From assembly GCF_006345805.1 (NCBI RefSeq), contig NC_043017.1, positions 6,510,001-6,574,000 on the forward strand: a DNA stretch of 64,000 nucleotides, read 5' to 3'. Below are positions 24,368-35,835 of the stretch, piece by piece. Source of the DNA: Octopus sinensis (taxonomy: Eukaryota). Both the position numbers and the translations under genes were made by a program. How positions within the stretch are numbered: the stretch's first letter is position 1; every line of letters begins with the position of its first letter. Under the pieces are notes generated by a model that was not told the DNA's origin, did no database searches, and saw only the letters and a list, made by a program, of their open reading frames with translations.

Positions 24368-24423
<56 letters not shown>

Positions 24424-24440
24424 ACGTGTGTGTGTGTATG
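21620..24440. repeat. (TA)n, (TATG)n and (TG)n microsatellite fields flanking exon 3
   Basis: Read directly; the (TATG)n block 22940-24200 is more than 1.2 kb. Confidence 0.95.
22400..22468 (-). CDS. Coding exon 3: PEVTFINHGAFGAVLSEALENGQ
   Basis: Acceptor tttgtttgttgcag|, donor CAA|gtaagt, 69 nt, phase 0-0; NHGAFG is the N-terminal class-V aminotransferase motif. Not in the ORF track. Confidence 0.93.
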
Positions 24441-24890
24441 CATCGCATACATATACATATTCACATATGCATATATCTTTCATCCTTTACTTGCTTCAGT
24501 GATTTGACTTCGGCCATACTGGAGCACCACCTTGAAGGGATTTTAGTCGAGCAAATCGACCCCAGGACTTATTCTTTGAAAGCCTGGCACTTATTCTATT
24601 GGTCTCTCTTTGCTGAACCACTAAGTTACAAACATGTGATCACACCAAAACCAGTTGTCAAGCGTGGTGGTAATGGTGGGGGGGGGAGGGGCGAGAGACA
24701 AACATAGACACAAAGACACACACATACACATTAAATATATTACACCTCACTCTCTCTCTCTCTCTCTAAGAGACTGGGTGGTCACAGCTGGAATGGTTTG
24801 GATCATAGGTCTGCTGGATCAGAGTCGGACTGGGGTTAAACAAAAAAAGCATATGGTTTGAGTTTTAGACTGAAATATTCCCAGACTTAC

Positions 24891-25001
24891 CTCCAAGAGA
24901 AAATGCTTCTTTCTCATCTCTTTGCCAAACTCTGGCGGGTTATTCTTATATTCTTCGAATGAAGGCCGGTCTACTGGGAAGTGGGGGGCTTCATACTTCT
25001 C
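24891..25001 (-). CDS. Coding exon 2: EKYEAPHFPVDRPSFEEYKNNPPEFGKEMRKKHFLLE
   Basis: Acceptor ttttctgtttccaaccag|, donor GAG|gtaagt, 111 nt, phase 0-0; FG..MR...FLL precedes NHG in this family. Confidence 0.9.
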
Positions 25002-25263
25002 CTGGTTGGAAACAGAAAAGAAGGAGAGTAGTTGCTGTAGTGGTGGTGGTTGTGGCGACAGTCGGAGTGGTTGTGGTGATGATGGTGGTGGTGGTGATAT
25101 AGGTGGCAGTGGTGATAGTGGTGGTGATGACGGTGGTGGTGGTGATGGTGGTGGTGGTGGTGAAAATGGTGGTGGTGGTGGTGTGGTGGTGGTTATGGTG
25201 GTGATAGTTGCTATGATGGTAGTGGTGGCAGTGGTGACAGTAGTCGTTATGATGATGGTGATG

Positions 25264-25300
<37 letters not shown>

Positions 25301-25350
25301 GATCGAAAAATATCTTAGGAATGAGAACCCAGGTTTGAAATTTCCCCAAG

Positions 25351-25394
25351 ACACCTGATGAAGGCTGGAGGGTATATCAGCCGAAACATTGTGT
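25351..25394 (+). ncRNA. Penelope-type minimal hammerhead ribozyme motif (probably decayed) in intron 1, antisense to the gene
   Basis: ACAC-CTGATGA-A-GGCTG-gagggtatat-CAGCC-GAA-ACAT-T-GTGT. Stems I and II are intact; stem III ACAT is one transition away from palindromic ACGT. Confidence 0.65.
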
Positions 25395-25631
25395 TAACAA
25401 CAAACAAGATGAGGACAAATATCTGTCAAATGTAAATAATGTAGCTAAAGTAAATAATGTAAATAATTCCTCATCCCTTAAATATAGAACTGCGCTTTCT
25501 CCTATTGTCTATGACAGGAGAGACCACCATAAAACATAAGGACACAGAGTAAATGATTTAAAACAAGCACACATAATGAAAAAAAAATTTATTTAAAAGA
25601 ATATAAATAAGTAAATAAATAAAATATTTAC

Positions 25632-25697
25632 ATCTGGTAATTCCAAGAGTTCTTGTACGTTTGAAGCATGGAAAGAACCAAAATCTCTTCTAGCCAT
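25632..25697 (-). CDS. Coding exon 1 of class-V PLP-dependent lyase (Egt2/LCD/CefD-like): MARRDFGSFHASNVQELLELPD
   Basis: ATG at 25697; in-frame TAA at 25757-25755 upstream within the same exon supports it as the start; donor GAT|gtaaat is phase 0 and joins exon 2 in frame (LLELPD|EKYEAP). Confidence 0.8.
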
Positions 25698-25758
25698 TGT
25701 TATGTAGTCTTGAAATCCTGGTTTTTGTTCCTTTTGAAGAATGAAATTTTGGTATTAG
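25698..25758 (-). other. 5' UTR part of the first coding exon (internal exon; an upstream non-coding exon is implied)
   Basis: Pyrimidine-rich acceptor ctatcttttcag| directly 5' of 25758; 61 nt before the ATG, with an in-frame stop. Confidence 0.55.
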
Positions 25759-26057
25759 CTGAAAAGATAGAACAATGCCAAAAAATAATATCAAGCGGTT
25801 ATATAAACCAATTTTAGGTGGGGAAACAGTAAAAGAACTTCCATATATGTATATGGGTACAAGCTTGGCTGTGTGGTTAAGAACCTTGCTCTGCCACTGA
25901 GTCCATGTGGTCTTGGTTTCAGTCCCATTGTGCGGCACCCTGGGGAAGTGCTTTTCACTACAGTCTTGGGTCAACTGATGCCTTGTGAATGAACTCAGTA
26001 GCTGGAAACTGTGAGGAAGCCTGTCATGTACACATATGTGTGTATATGGATGAATAG

Positions 26058-26111
<54 letters not shown>

Positions 26112-26126
26112 ATGGATAGATGTGGA

Positions 26127-26163
<37 letters not shown>

Positions 26164-26480
26164 CCAGCGATGTGTAACAATATCTGATAGCCTAGTTGGT
26201 CATGTGATCATGTGATATGATTGTCTGTATGCTACATCTGAACCACTACCATGCAGTTTTGCTGCAATTTTCTTGATACATTCTGATCAATAGATTTTTT
26301 ACCACTGCTCCTTGAGAAGAGATTTGTATCAGCTTTTATTACATGCCTCTCCCCAAGTTCATTAGCTATCCTAATTATGTTATTGATTTCAAGGTCACAA
26401 ACTTGTGCAAAATAGTTACTGGTCTCTTGTCTCTGCTGCAGATGTTTCAGTGTCACAATCCACGGTTCATATGACCACCA

Positions 26481-26580
26481 NNNNNNNNNNNNNNNNNNNN
26501 NNNNNNNNNNNNNNNNNNNNNNNNNNNNNNNNNNNNNNNNNNNNNNNNNNNNNNNNNNNNNNNNNNNNNNNNNNNNNNNN
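26481..26580. other. Assembly gap (100 N)
   Basis: Run of 100 n. Confidence 1.
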
Positions 26581-27589
26581 CAGCCGAGAACTCGTTATCT
26601 TGCAGGCTTGTGAGTGATGATACCACATAAAACCCACCTGTACTTGTACCAGGTATACATGCCCATGCTGTAGCTGTGTAAAAGCACCCTGGTACACTGT
26701 GTAAAGTGGTTGGCATTAGGAAGGGCATCCAGCTGTAGGAACCATGTCAAAATAGACATGGATCCTGGGTAGCCTCCCAGCTGGCCAGCTCCTGTCAAAC
26801 TGTCCAACCCATGCCAGCATGCAAAACAGGGGTTAAATGATGATGATGCAGAGGAGGAGAGGATTATGATGATGGGTTTCTTCTTTCAGTTTCCATCTTC
26901 CAGATCCGCTTGCAAAGCTGTGGTCATCCTGAGTCTATGATAGAAAGACACTAACCCAAGGTGTCACCCTGTGGGATTGAACCTCGGACCTTGTGGTTGG
27001 GAAGCAAAGTTTTTACCTCGCAACCGGCCTGCACAGCCCGGTGGCTAGGGTGTTGTTGTGCTCGTGGTTTTGATTCCCAGATTGACATTGCATTACATTC
27101 TTGAGCAAAACACTTCATTCCATGTTGCTAGAGTCCACTCAGCCGTAAATGCAAAGATGCACATTGTGACCAGTGGAGTATGACAACATCTAATAGTTTC
27201 ACCTATACAGTGATGTATATATCATCATCGTCATCATCATCATCATCATCATTTAATGTCCACCTTCCATGCTGGCATGGGTTTTACAGTTTGACAGGAA
27301 GCTGGCCAGGCAGAAGAAGACTGCACCAGACTTCTGTGTCTGTTTTGGCAGGTTTTTTACAGCTGGATGCCCTTCCTGACACCAACCATGCAGAGTAGAC
27401 TGAGTGCATTTTACATGATACCAGCACTGGGAGGATCACCAAATAACTTACAAAACAAGATGTGTGTGTGTGTGTGTATGCACATAGACATGTGTGTGTC
27501 TGTGATTTTCTTACTTATTTTATCCCCCCTCTTGTTTTACATTCTCCTTCCTCACTTCTTTTCTTTATTCTCCCGCACTGTCTTTTTCA

Positions 27590-27632
<43 letters not shown>

Positions 27633-28207
27633 GATTCTCTCTGCCATCCCGTAACTATCTTTGCCAAAGATATCACACACACACACAGACACACACACTC
27701 ACACTTGCACTCATACCCTTTCTTTCTCTTATTATGTTTACATTAGTAGAACCTCCAAAATAGACCAATGTCTCCAGAAAAAAGACAAAGTTTTCTGCAC
27801 TTTCATAGATGATGAGTCATGGAATTTATTTTGGGTTGATTAATATCGAACGATGTAGAATTAATGTATTTTACTTCAACTGTACATGCAGATAGAAGAT
27901 ACAATCATTACATTATGGAATATTAGAATATAACACAATATGTAATACAATACCTTTTTTTTTTTACTTATGTCAGTTTTTAGACTGTGGCCATGCTGGG
28001 GTACCACCTTGAAGAATTTTAGTCGAATGAATTGACCCCAGGACTTAATTTTTTGTTAAGCCTGGTACTTATTATTTTGGTCTCTTTTGCCAAACTGCTA
28101 AGTTATGGGGATGTAAACATGCCAACACTGTTGTCAAGCAGGGATAATGGAGGACAAACATAAAGACACATAGAACACACACATGTAAATATATGTATAT
28201 ATATGTA

Positions 28208-28495
28208 TGTAAAAAGCACCATCCGTTCGTGGCCGTTGCCAGCCTCGCCTGGCCCTTGTGCCGGTGGCACATAAAAAGCACCGTCCGATCGTGGCCGTCC
28301 GATCATGGCACATAAAAAGCACCCACTACACTCATGGAGTGGTTGGCGTTAGGAAGGACATCCAGCCGTAGAAACATTGCCAGATCAGACTGGGCCTGGT
28401 GCAGCCTTCTGGCTTCCCAGACCCCAGTTGAACCGTCCAACCCATGCTAGCATGGAAAGAGGACGCTAAACGATGATGATGATGATGATGATGAT
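28208..28495 (+). mobile_element. RTE-type 3' end
   Basis: Same modules, core and (gat)n tail. Confidence 0.85.
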
Positions 28496-28687
28496 ATATG
28501 TACATATATATGTGTGTATATATATATGTGTGTGTACACATGTATATATATATATGTATGTGCCCACATATGCATATATATAAACGTATAGGTATATGTA
28601 TGTACATATATGTATATATGCATATATATAAAATGAGGTATTAAAATTCCAGAAAAAATATAAAAATACAAAAACTACAAAATTTTT

Positions 28688-28769
28688 CATCTTCTGGCCG
28701 TTTCGGAGGCGCGCCAATTAATATGATGCATTTCATATATCTGAAACTGACACTCCCCTCATCAGGATG
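28688..28769 (-). ncRNA. Degenerate hammerhead-like motif
   Basis: CATC-CTGATGA-GGGG...CCTCC-GAA-ACGGCCAG-A-AGATG; 3' half resembles the 35836 motif, but U16.1 is lost. Confidence 0.3.
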
Positions 28770-28929
28770 TTTTTACACACAATGCACAATACATGGAAAC
28801 AAATGTACAATTACATACCAGTCATCTGCAAAAGTATTAAGACATTGCATATATCCAACCTTTATATAGATACCGAATATTACCTAATTAGCATATAATC
28901 TAATCTAAAAACCGTGGTAAAATGAAATG

Positions 28930-29212
28930 CCACTAAGCAATTTTCCCAGCGTGCTAACAATTCTGCCAGCTCGCCACCTTGATGTGAGTAGTTATAATTA
29001 TTTCAAATTTTTGCCACAAGGGCAGCTTGGGGTGGGAGGGATGAGTCGATTGCATTGAACCCCAGTGTTCAACTGGTGCTTAATTTATCGACCCTGAAAG
29101 GATGAAAGGCGAAGTTGACCTCAGCAGAATTTGAACTCTGAATGTTAAGACGGATGAATTACCACAAGGCATTTCGCCCGGTGTGCTAGCAATTCTACCA
29201 GGTCACCACCTT
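28930..29212 (-). mobile_element. SINE family B copies
   Basis: Reverse complement of the head and central domain. Confidence 0.75.
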
Positions 29213-29304
29213 ACTGTGAGTAGTAATAATAATGGTGATTATTAACCACACTGGTCACTAAGCCACATGCCTGGAATTGGTTGAATAAGAACCAATCATT
29301 GTGG

Positions 29305-29612
29305 GGGCACATGGCCTAGGCGTTCTGGCAGCGGACTTACGGTTGAGGAATCGCAGGTTCGAATCTCAGACCGGGCGATGTGTGTGTTTATGAGCGAAAC
29401 ACCTAAGCTCCACGGGGCTCCAGCAGAAGGTAATGGTGAATTTCTGCTGACTCTTTTGCCACAGCTTTCTCTCACACTTTCCTCCTGCATCTTGCAGCTC
29501 ACCTGCGATGGACCGGCGTCCCATCCAGGTGGGGAACCTATACACCAAGGAAACCGGAAAACCGGCCCCCTATGAGCCAGGCATGGCTCAAGAAGGAACA
29601 AACAAACAACAA
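29305..29612 (+). mobile_element. tRNA-derived SINE with MetaSINE-like central region
   Basis: A box atggcctag, B box ggttcgaatc; ctgcgatggaccggcgtcccatccagg...gaaaccgg; (aaac)n tail. Confidence 0.65.
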
Positions 29613-30186
29613 TCATTGGTTTGGGACTGATTCTTCAATTCTTTCCTCTGTAAAAAAGATCATGACGGAGGAAGGCAAGCACTCTGGACCTCATTTCCAA
29701 GACAAACGACTTCCACTGTATTTAAACAGAAAATATGGTCACTGAAGTTCTGGTAGAGTATGGCACTTCAGAAGGAATCATTTACCCTGCAGTCAACTGG
29801 CATCCCTGATTGAATTGGTTTCTACACCTCAAGTACCTTGTTTCTAGGGTACTTTAGCCAGATGGGAGGGTTGCAGTGCAGACAGTTGCACAGAATTTGA
29901 CTGCAGAAGGGTACCCAATAGTCATGACCTGGATGTGGCCTGGCCCCCTTACGGTGTGAGGAGTTAAGGATTGAAAACCTGGTGTTCAGCTCTCCCTAGA
30001 GTTTTCTTATTACCTACGTTTATGTATTTGTATGTGTATATATGCCCAAAGGTGGTCCCAAAAAGCAATACAGAAAAATGCATAACTATTTTTTTATTAA
30101 CTGGCATCATGTATGTGTGTATACATATGCACATATACGCAGCGCTATGCGTGTGGCAAGCTTTCTACGGCCGGATGCCCTTCGTA

Positions 30187-30256
<70 letters not shown>

Positions 30257-30290
30257 ATATATATATTATATATAGATATATATATATATA

Positions 30291-30820
30291 TGATCCAACA
30301 CTTGATACCCTCTGTAATTATTTGTATCTACAGCATCACCTTTACCTTTGAAGCAGTTGACTATAGTGCTGCTACACCAATCATTGGGTATGACTCCTTC
30401 ATGTATCACCTAGTTAACTATATGGGTGAGAGGTATCAAGATGTTGGATCAGGTAATGAAGGTCACGGATTAGGGTCATAGCCCAAGTAATTAGGGAGAG
30501 AGTCAGTTTAGATGTGATGCAGTTTGGGTTCATGCCAGGGAAAAGCACCACTTATGCTATATTTCTAGTTAAGACAGCTGCAGGAGAAATACCTAGCCAA
30601 AGATAAACCTCTGTACCTGGCTTTCGTTGACATGGAGAAAGCCTTTGACAGGGTCCCCCAATCTCTTGTCTGGTGGTCAATGAGGAAACTAGGGATAGAT
30701 GAATTGTTAGTGAGAGCTGTGCAAGCCATGTACAGAGACGCTGTCAACCAGCCCACTTATGTGTACCTTTCCTTCATTGGACACTAAACTCTGCTTGCAA
30801 AGACCTGTTGAGGCAAGTAA
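30291..30820 (+). pseudogene. RTE-clade LINE reverse-transcriptase fragment with inverted 5' segment
   Basis: 30291-30428 on minus: VIPNDWCSSTIVNCFKGKGDAVDTNNYRG. 30429-30746 on plus: RGIKMLDQVMKV...MQFGFMPGKSTT...AFVDMEKAFDRVP...YRDAV, with frameshifts. Then jumps to 3' UTR sequence shared with 55680. Confidence 0.92.
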
Positions 30821-31506
30821 AAGGAAAGGAAAGATATTGTCAGAAAATTATCAGAAGCTGCTTAGAAAACCAACCCAGCACATCATGCTGAAGAAAGAGG
30901 AGGAGTGGTGCAGCTAGGATGAGCATTGATGATGACAGAAAAATCTGACCCAACGAAGGTTGTGCTGTTGTGTAAGAGTTTTGTCACCTTTGTCGGTGGG
31001 TGACCCCGAGTAGTTTTGGTGTCACAGTGTAAGGAGCTGAGACACCAACAGAGCTGCTTCATTGCTTGATGAGACATCAATTCTTGATTTTGGAGAAGGG
31101 GCACCTAAACATACTCAGCATTCACGTGATCACCCATCAAAAAATATATGGTGAACTCTCTTCCCTCCTGGGTCATGGGTCCATAGTGGTCTTATTCTTG
31201 TTCCCTACTGACAGTATTCACCTAGCTTTATTCATTCTATGGTCAGACTGTTTATTGTATTTACACATGTCTGAATTCAACAACAAATTTCGTTCCAACG
31301 TAGGTCAGTAGGTCAAACTGCTTTTGTGTGTGGTCAATATTTCAAGCATAGTCTTTGGCCTTGGACTAAGAAAAGATAAGAGATTATTCTCAAATATATT
31401 TGATCATTTGTTGATACAGTTGTTCATTTAACAACTTTGGCTGTGTAAGCTCTTCGAGAGAAAAAGCAGTAGTGGCAACAAGATGTCAGCTGTCATATAC
31501 CTTCTA

Positions 31507-31649
31507 TGTGTGGTAAGTAGCTTGCTTACCAACCTCAGGGTTCCAGGTTCAGTCCCACTACGTGGCACCTTGGGCAAGTGTCCTCTGCTATAGCCTCGGG
31601 CCGAACAAAACCTTGCGAGTGAATTTGGTAAACGGAAACTGATTGAAGC

Positions 31650-31687
<38 letters not shown>

Positions 31688-31890
31688 ACACATGTGTATG
31701 TATGTTTGAGTGTCTGTGTTTGTCCCTCCCATCATCACTTGACAACCGATGCTGGTGTGTTCATGTCCCCATAACTTAGCGGTTCAGCAAAAGTGACCAA
31801 TAGAATAAGTACCAGGCTTACAAAGAATAAGTCATGGGGTCAATTTGTTCAACTAAAGGTAGTGCTGCAGCATGGCCACGGTCAAATGAC
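31507..31890 (+). mobile_element. SINE family A, full length
   Basis: Head, (TA)n linker and tail as in 6504-6905. Confidence 0.88.
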
Positions 31891-31940
31891 TGAAACAAAT
31901 AAAAGAATATACACACACACACATACATACACACACGTTT

Positions 31941-31987
<47 letters not shown>

Positions 31988-32869
31988 AGAACAGTGTACG
32001 TACGCCAATCACCTAGTTGTCCGGTTGTTTTGCGTTCTTGTCCCATTTTGTATTTCATATATATATATATATATATGTATATGTATATGTATACATACAC
32101 ATATGTGTGTGTGTGCATGCATGTGTGTATGTGAATGGTTGTTGTATGTGTACATGACTCTATATGTATGAATAAGCGATTGTATTAATGCTTCTGTGTT
32201 CATTTCCTAATTGAAATTTCCGTGTTTTGTTTTGGTTGGCAGCCAGCTTAGGATTAGCACCGGTGGTGTTGGTGGTGGTGGCAATGGGGGAACGGGTACG
32301 GAGGGGATGCAGTTAAAGAAAACAAAACAAAACCAAATAACAGTTAAATATATGCTTTGTTCCTTGCACAGTTGTTAACACCTTTAAACTCGTAAGAGCA
32401 ACTGTATGTTTGTATGTAGGTACATATATACATACATATGACGGGCTTCTTTCAGTTTCCGCCTACCAAATCCACTCGCAAGGCTTTTGTCGGCCTGAAG
32501 CTATAATAGAAGACACTTGCCCAAAGTGTTACGCAGGGGGATTGAACCCAGAACCATGTGTTTCATAAGCAAGCTACTCACCACACAGCCACTCCTGCAC
32601 ATATGCATATATATACATATATATAATTGACACTCTTATGTATAAATGGGCTATTATCTTCATTCTCATCCTCCTCATTTTAGCTCTCCTTTCCATACAA
32701 GTAAGGGTCAGATAAATTACCACCGGCCATATCAGTTCTTATCCTCACTAATAACCATTCTACGCATGGTAGGACTACCATGTTTTATTCATATGTTGAA
32801 TTTTGCGCTTTGTTTCTATTAGCCAGATGTCATCAACCTTCTTATCACTAGCCACATGACAAAACGTAT

Positions 32870-33210
32870 TATGGCACAGTGGTTAGAGTCACGGGCTCAC
32901 AATCATGAGGTAGCGAGATCAATTCCCGGACTAGGTCGTGTGTTGTGTTCTTGACCAAGACCCTTTATTTCACGTTGCTCCAGTTCACTCAGCTGTAGAA
33001 ATGAGTTCCAATGTCACTGGTGCCAGGCTGTATCGTCCCCTTTGCCTTTCCCTTAGATTACATCAGTGACATGGAGAGGGGGAGCTGGTATGCATGGACA
33101 ACTGCTGGTCTTCCTTAAAAAACAACCTTGCCCGGACTTGTGCCTCAGAGGCTAACTTTGTAGGCACAATCCCATGGTCATTCATGACCAAAGGGGGTCT
33201 TTACTCTTTA
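32870..33210 (+). mobile_element. tRNA-derived SINE with CORE-like and Ceph-like regions
   Basis: tggcacagtggttagag head, ccagttcactcagctgtagaaatgagt, ggtatgcatgg...aatcccatggtcattcatgaccaaagggggtc, (tttac)n tail. Confidence 0.55.
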
Positions 33211-33707
33211 CAGTTTATCATGGCACCAGCTTTTGAGAGGTTGCTGTGCCTTCAGATGGACTAAACAACCCTTTCAACCTTGCGTGGTCTCAGCTCTGAT
33301 GATTCAACCAATTTACCATGGGGCAGGAAGAATTATCTTGACATCCCAAGTGAAGTCCTTCATCAAAGAGAGAATTAACTTTATTGCCTTTCATTTAACA
33401 CTCATCTTCTTCTTGATCTTCTCTCCTCTCTGTTCCTCTGTCATAGTCTAATTCTCATCTAATCACACCTCAAAGGAGGTGCATGTGTGTGGGGGGTCTT
33501 GTCTTGCAAGCTGTTTGGTGATCTTGCTAGAGCTGGTGGCTGGTGCTACATAAAAATCACCCAGTACATTCTGTAAAGTGGTTGGCACTAGGAAGGGCGT
33601 CGGGTTGTAGGAACTAAGCCAAAGCAGACCCTAGAGCTTGACACAGTTTCCTGGGCTTGCCAGCTATTATCAAACTGTCCAACCCATGCCAGTGTGCAAA
33701 TTGGTCG

Positions 33708-33906
33708 TTAACCCTTTTAGCAATTAGATTATTCTTATCAAATGTAACGCTTGTTTATTCAGATTGTATTTAATTAATCATGCATTATTTTATAACCTTG
33801 AGATTTTCTTGGTGTGATGGTATATTTTATGATGGCATTGAAGGGTAGGTGTGACAGGCTGGATCTGACTGGTTAGATATGGTCAGTTTAAATGCTAAAG
33901 TATTAA
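33708..33906. mobile_element. piggyBac-like MITE
   Basis: TTAA-CCCTTTTAGCA ... TGCTAAAGTA-TTAA termini. Confidence 0.65.
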
Positions 33907-34775
33907 ATGATGATGACGACAACGACGACGACGATGGTGATGATGATGATGATGACGACGATGATGATAATGATGGTGATGGTATGATGATGATGATGAT
34001 GGTGATGGTGATCTTTGACAGTGATAATAATGAGTGTAGTGATGATGATGATGGCAGTGATGATGGTGGCAGTGGTGATGATAATGCTGATGATGATGAT
34101 GACGCTGATGATGGTGGCAGTGGTGATGATGATGATGATGATGATGCTGATGATGATGGCATTGATGATGATGATTGCAGTGATGACGATGATGATGATG
34201 TCTGGCTCTCTTGAAAGGCTTCTGCTTCAAACACCAGGATTCTTATCTTCCCAAGCCATACCAACTTCACAAAAAAAAAAAAACTCTCCCCAAATTCCAA
34301 AAACGACCGCTGCACTTTTCCTTCTTTCTTTTTTTTTTTCTTGTTTTGTTTTGTTCTCTTGAATTCTGATACTTTTTCTCAGTCTGTTAATTGCTAATCT
34401 ATATTAATGGCTCTCAAACGACATGGCAAATAGCGATTAATACATCTAGATTAATGAGGCCATACATGAAACATGTTGAAAGAAACGTTTATTGTTAAAT
34501 TAAACAAATACTTTTACAGCAGGGCTTCACTTTTTCTGAGTATTTCCTCTTAGGATCCTGTTTGATATTTCCATATTTATGCTTGACAACACGTCGTGGT
34601 GTTGTATTTTGTGAGTATGTCCTTTTACAGTCTGAGTTCAATACCCATCAAGGCTGATTTTTACCTTTCGTTGTTCTGGGGTAATCTTTTTCTTTCTTTC
34701 ATTTTTTTTTTTTTTCGTTTACCTCATTTCGGTTATTAGGCTGTGGGCCGTGCTGGGGCACCGCCTTGAAAAATT

Positions 34776-35172
34776 GTGGCTGTGTGGTAAGTAGCTTGCT
34801 TACCAACCACATGGTTCCAGGTTCAGTCCCACTGTGTGGCACCTTGGGCAAGTGTCTTCTACTATAGCCTCGGGCCGACCAAAGCCTTGTGAGTGGATTT
34901 GTCAGACGGAAACTGAAAGAAGCCTGTCGTATATATGTATATATATATATATATATATTTGTGTGTGTGTTTGTGTGTCTGTGTTTGTCCCCCCCAACAT
35001 CGCTTGACAACTGATGCTAGTGTGTTTACATCCCTGTAACTTAGTGGTTTGGCAAAAGATACTGATAGAATAAGTACTAGGCTTACAAAGAATAAGTCCT
35101 GGGGTCGATTTGCTCGACTAAACGCAGTGCTCCAGCATGGCCGCAGTCAAATGACTGAAACAAGTTAAAGAG
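34776..35172 (+). mobile_element. SINE family A, full length
   Basis: Head, linker and tail; a partial inverted tail follows at 35190-35300. Confidence 0.9.
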
Positions 35173-35407
35173 AATGCATTGACTCTAGTACTTGAATTTT
35201 TTTTAAACTTGGTACTGATTCTATCTGTCTTCTTTGGCAAACCACTAAGTCATAGGGAGATAAACTCACAAACACTGGTTGTCAAGCAGTGATGAAGGAC
35301 ATGCACACATCTTTTTCCAGTGGATATGGATGTTGGTCGGCACTGCCTGTCTCCTGTCTATATTCTTCTAACTACTTTTTCTCCTTTGTCATTCTATTTT
35401 ATTCCTT

Positions 35408-35774
35408 ACTAGCACTATGACCCGGCGTTGCTGGTCATAGTGCTAGTGCATGCATATACAGCTGCGTGCGTGCGCACATACGCGCGAGTGCTGTCCAAAT
35501 CTCCAACCAATCACATACAGCTAGCTGGCATTCAACTGGCGTATAAAGTTTCGGGCATTTTGATTGGGTTTTGGATAGAAAATTCACAAAAAAGTCACTT
35601 CTATTGATTTTTTAATGGCTTTGTGGGGTGACTGGGGAAATGTAAAAATGTGCACCACCACCCTTGGACGGTTTTGAATGACCATAGAAAGTGCGAGCCC
35701 TCTAACTGAAAAATTGTGGATTTGTATAAAGGATACACACGCACAGACATTTTGCCGTTTATATATAGAGAGAT
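35408..35774 (-). mobile_element. Non-autonomous Helitron-like element
   Basis: Minus-strand 5' atctctctatatat and 3' ...tgctagt (CTAG end); subterminal hairpin ACTAGCACTATGACC/GGTCATAGTGCTAGT. Confidence 0.6.
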
Positions 35775-35835
35775 AAACTGTGAAATTTATTCCTTGTAAA
35801 CGGTAAACTTTCCCCTTCTAAAGTATTCATACCTT

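Noticed and set aside
26232-26456. Minus-strand ORF upstream of the first coding exon as a possible N-terminal extension
   Set aside because: The in-frame TAA at 25757-25755 blocks any upstream coding exon, and no homology was recognised.
30344-30432. Exon-like plus-strand segment ITFTFEAVDYSAATPIIGYDSFMYHLVNYMG with good ag/gt borders
   Set aside because: It is the antisense of an RTE ORF2 fragment (PNDWCSSTIVNCFKGKGD...NYRG).
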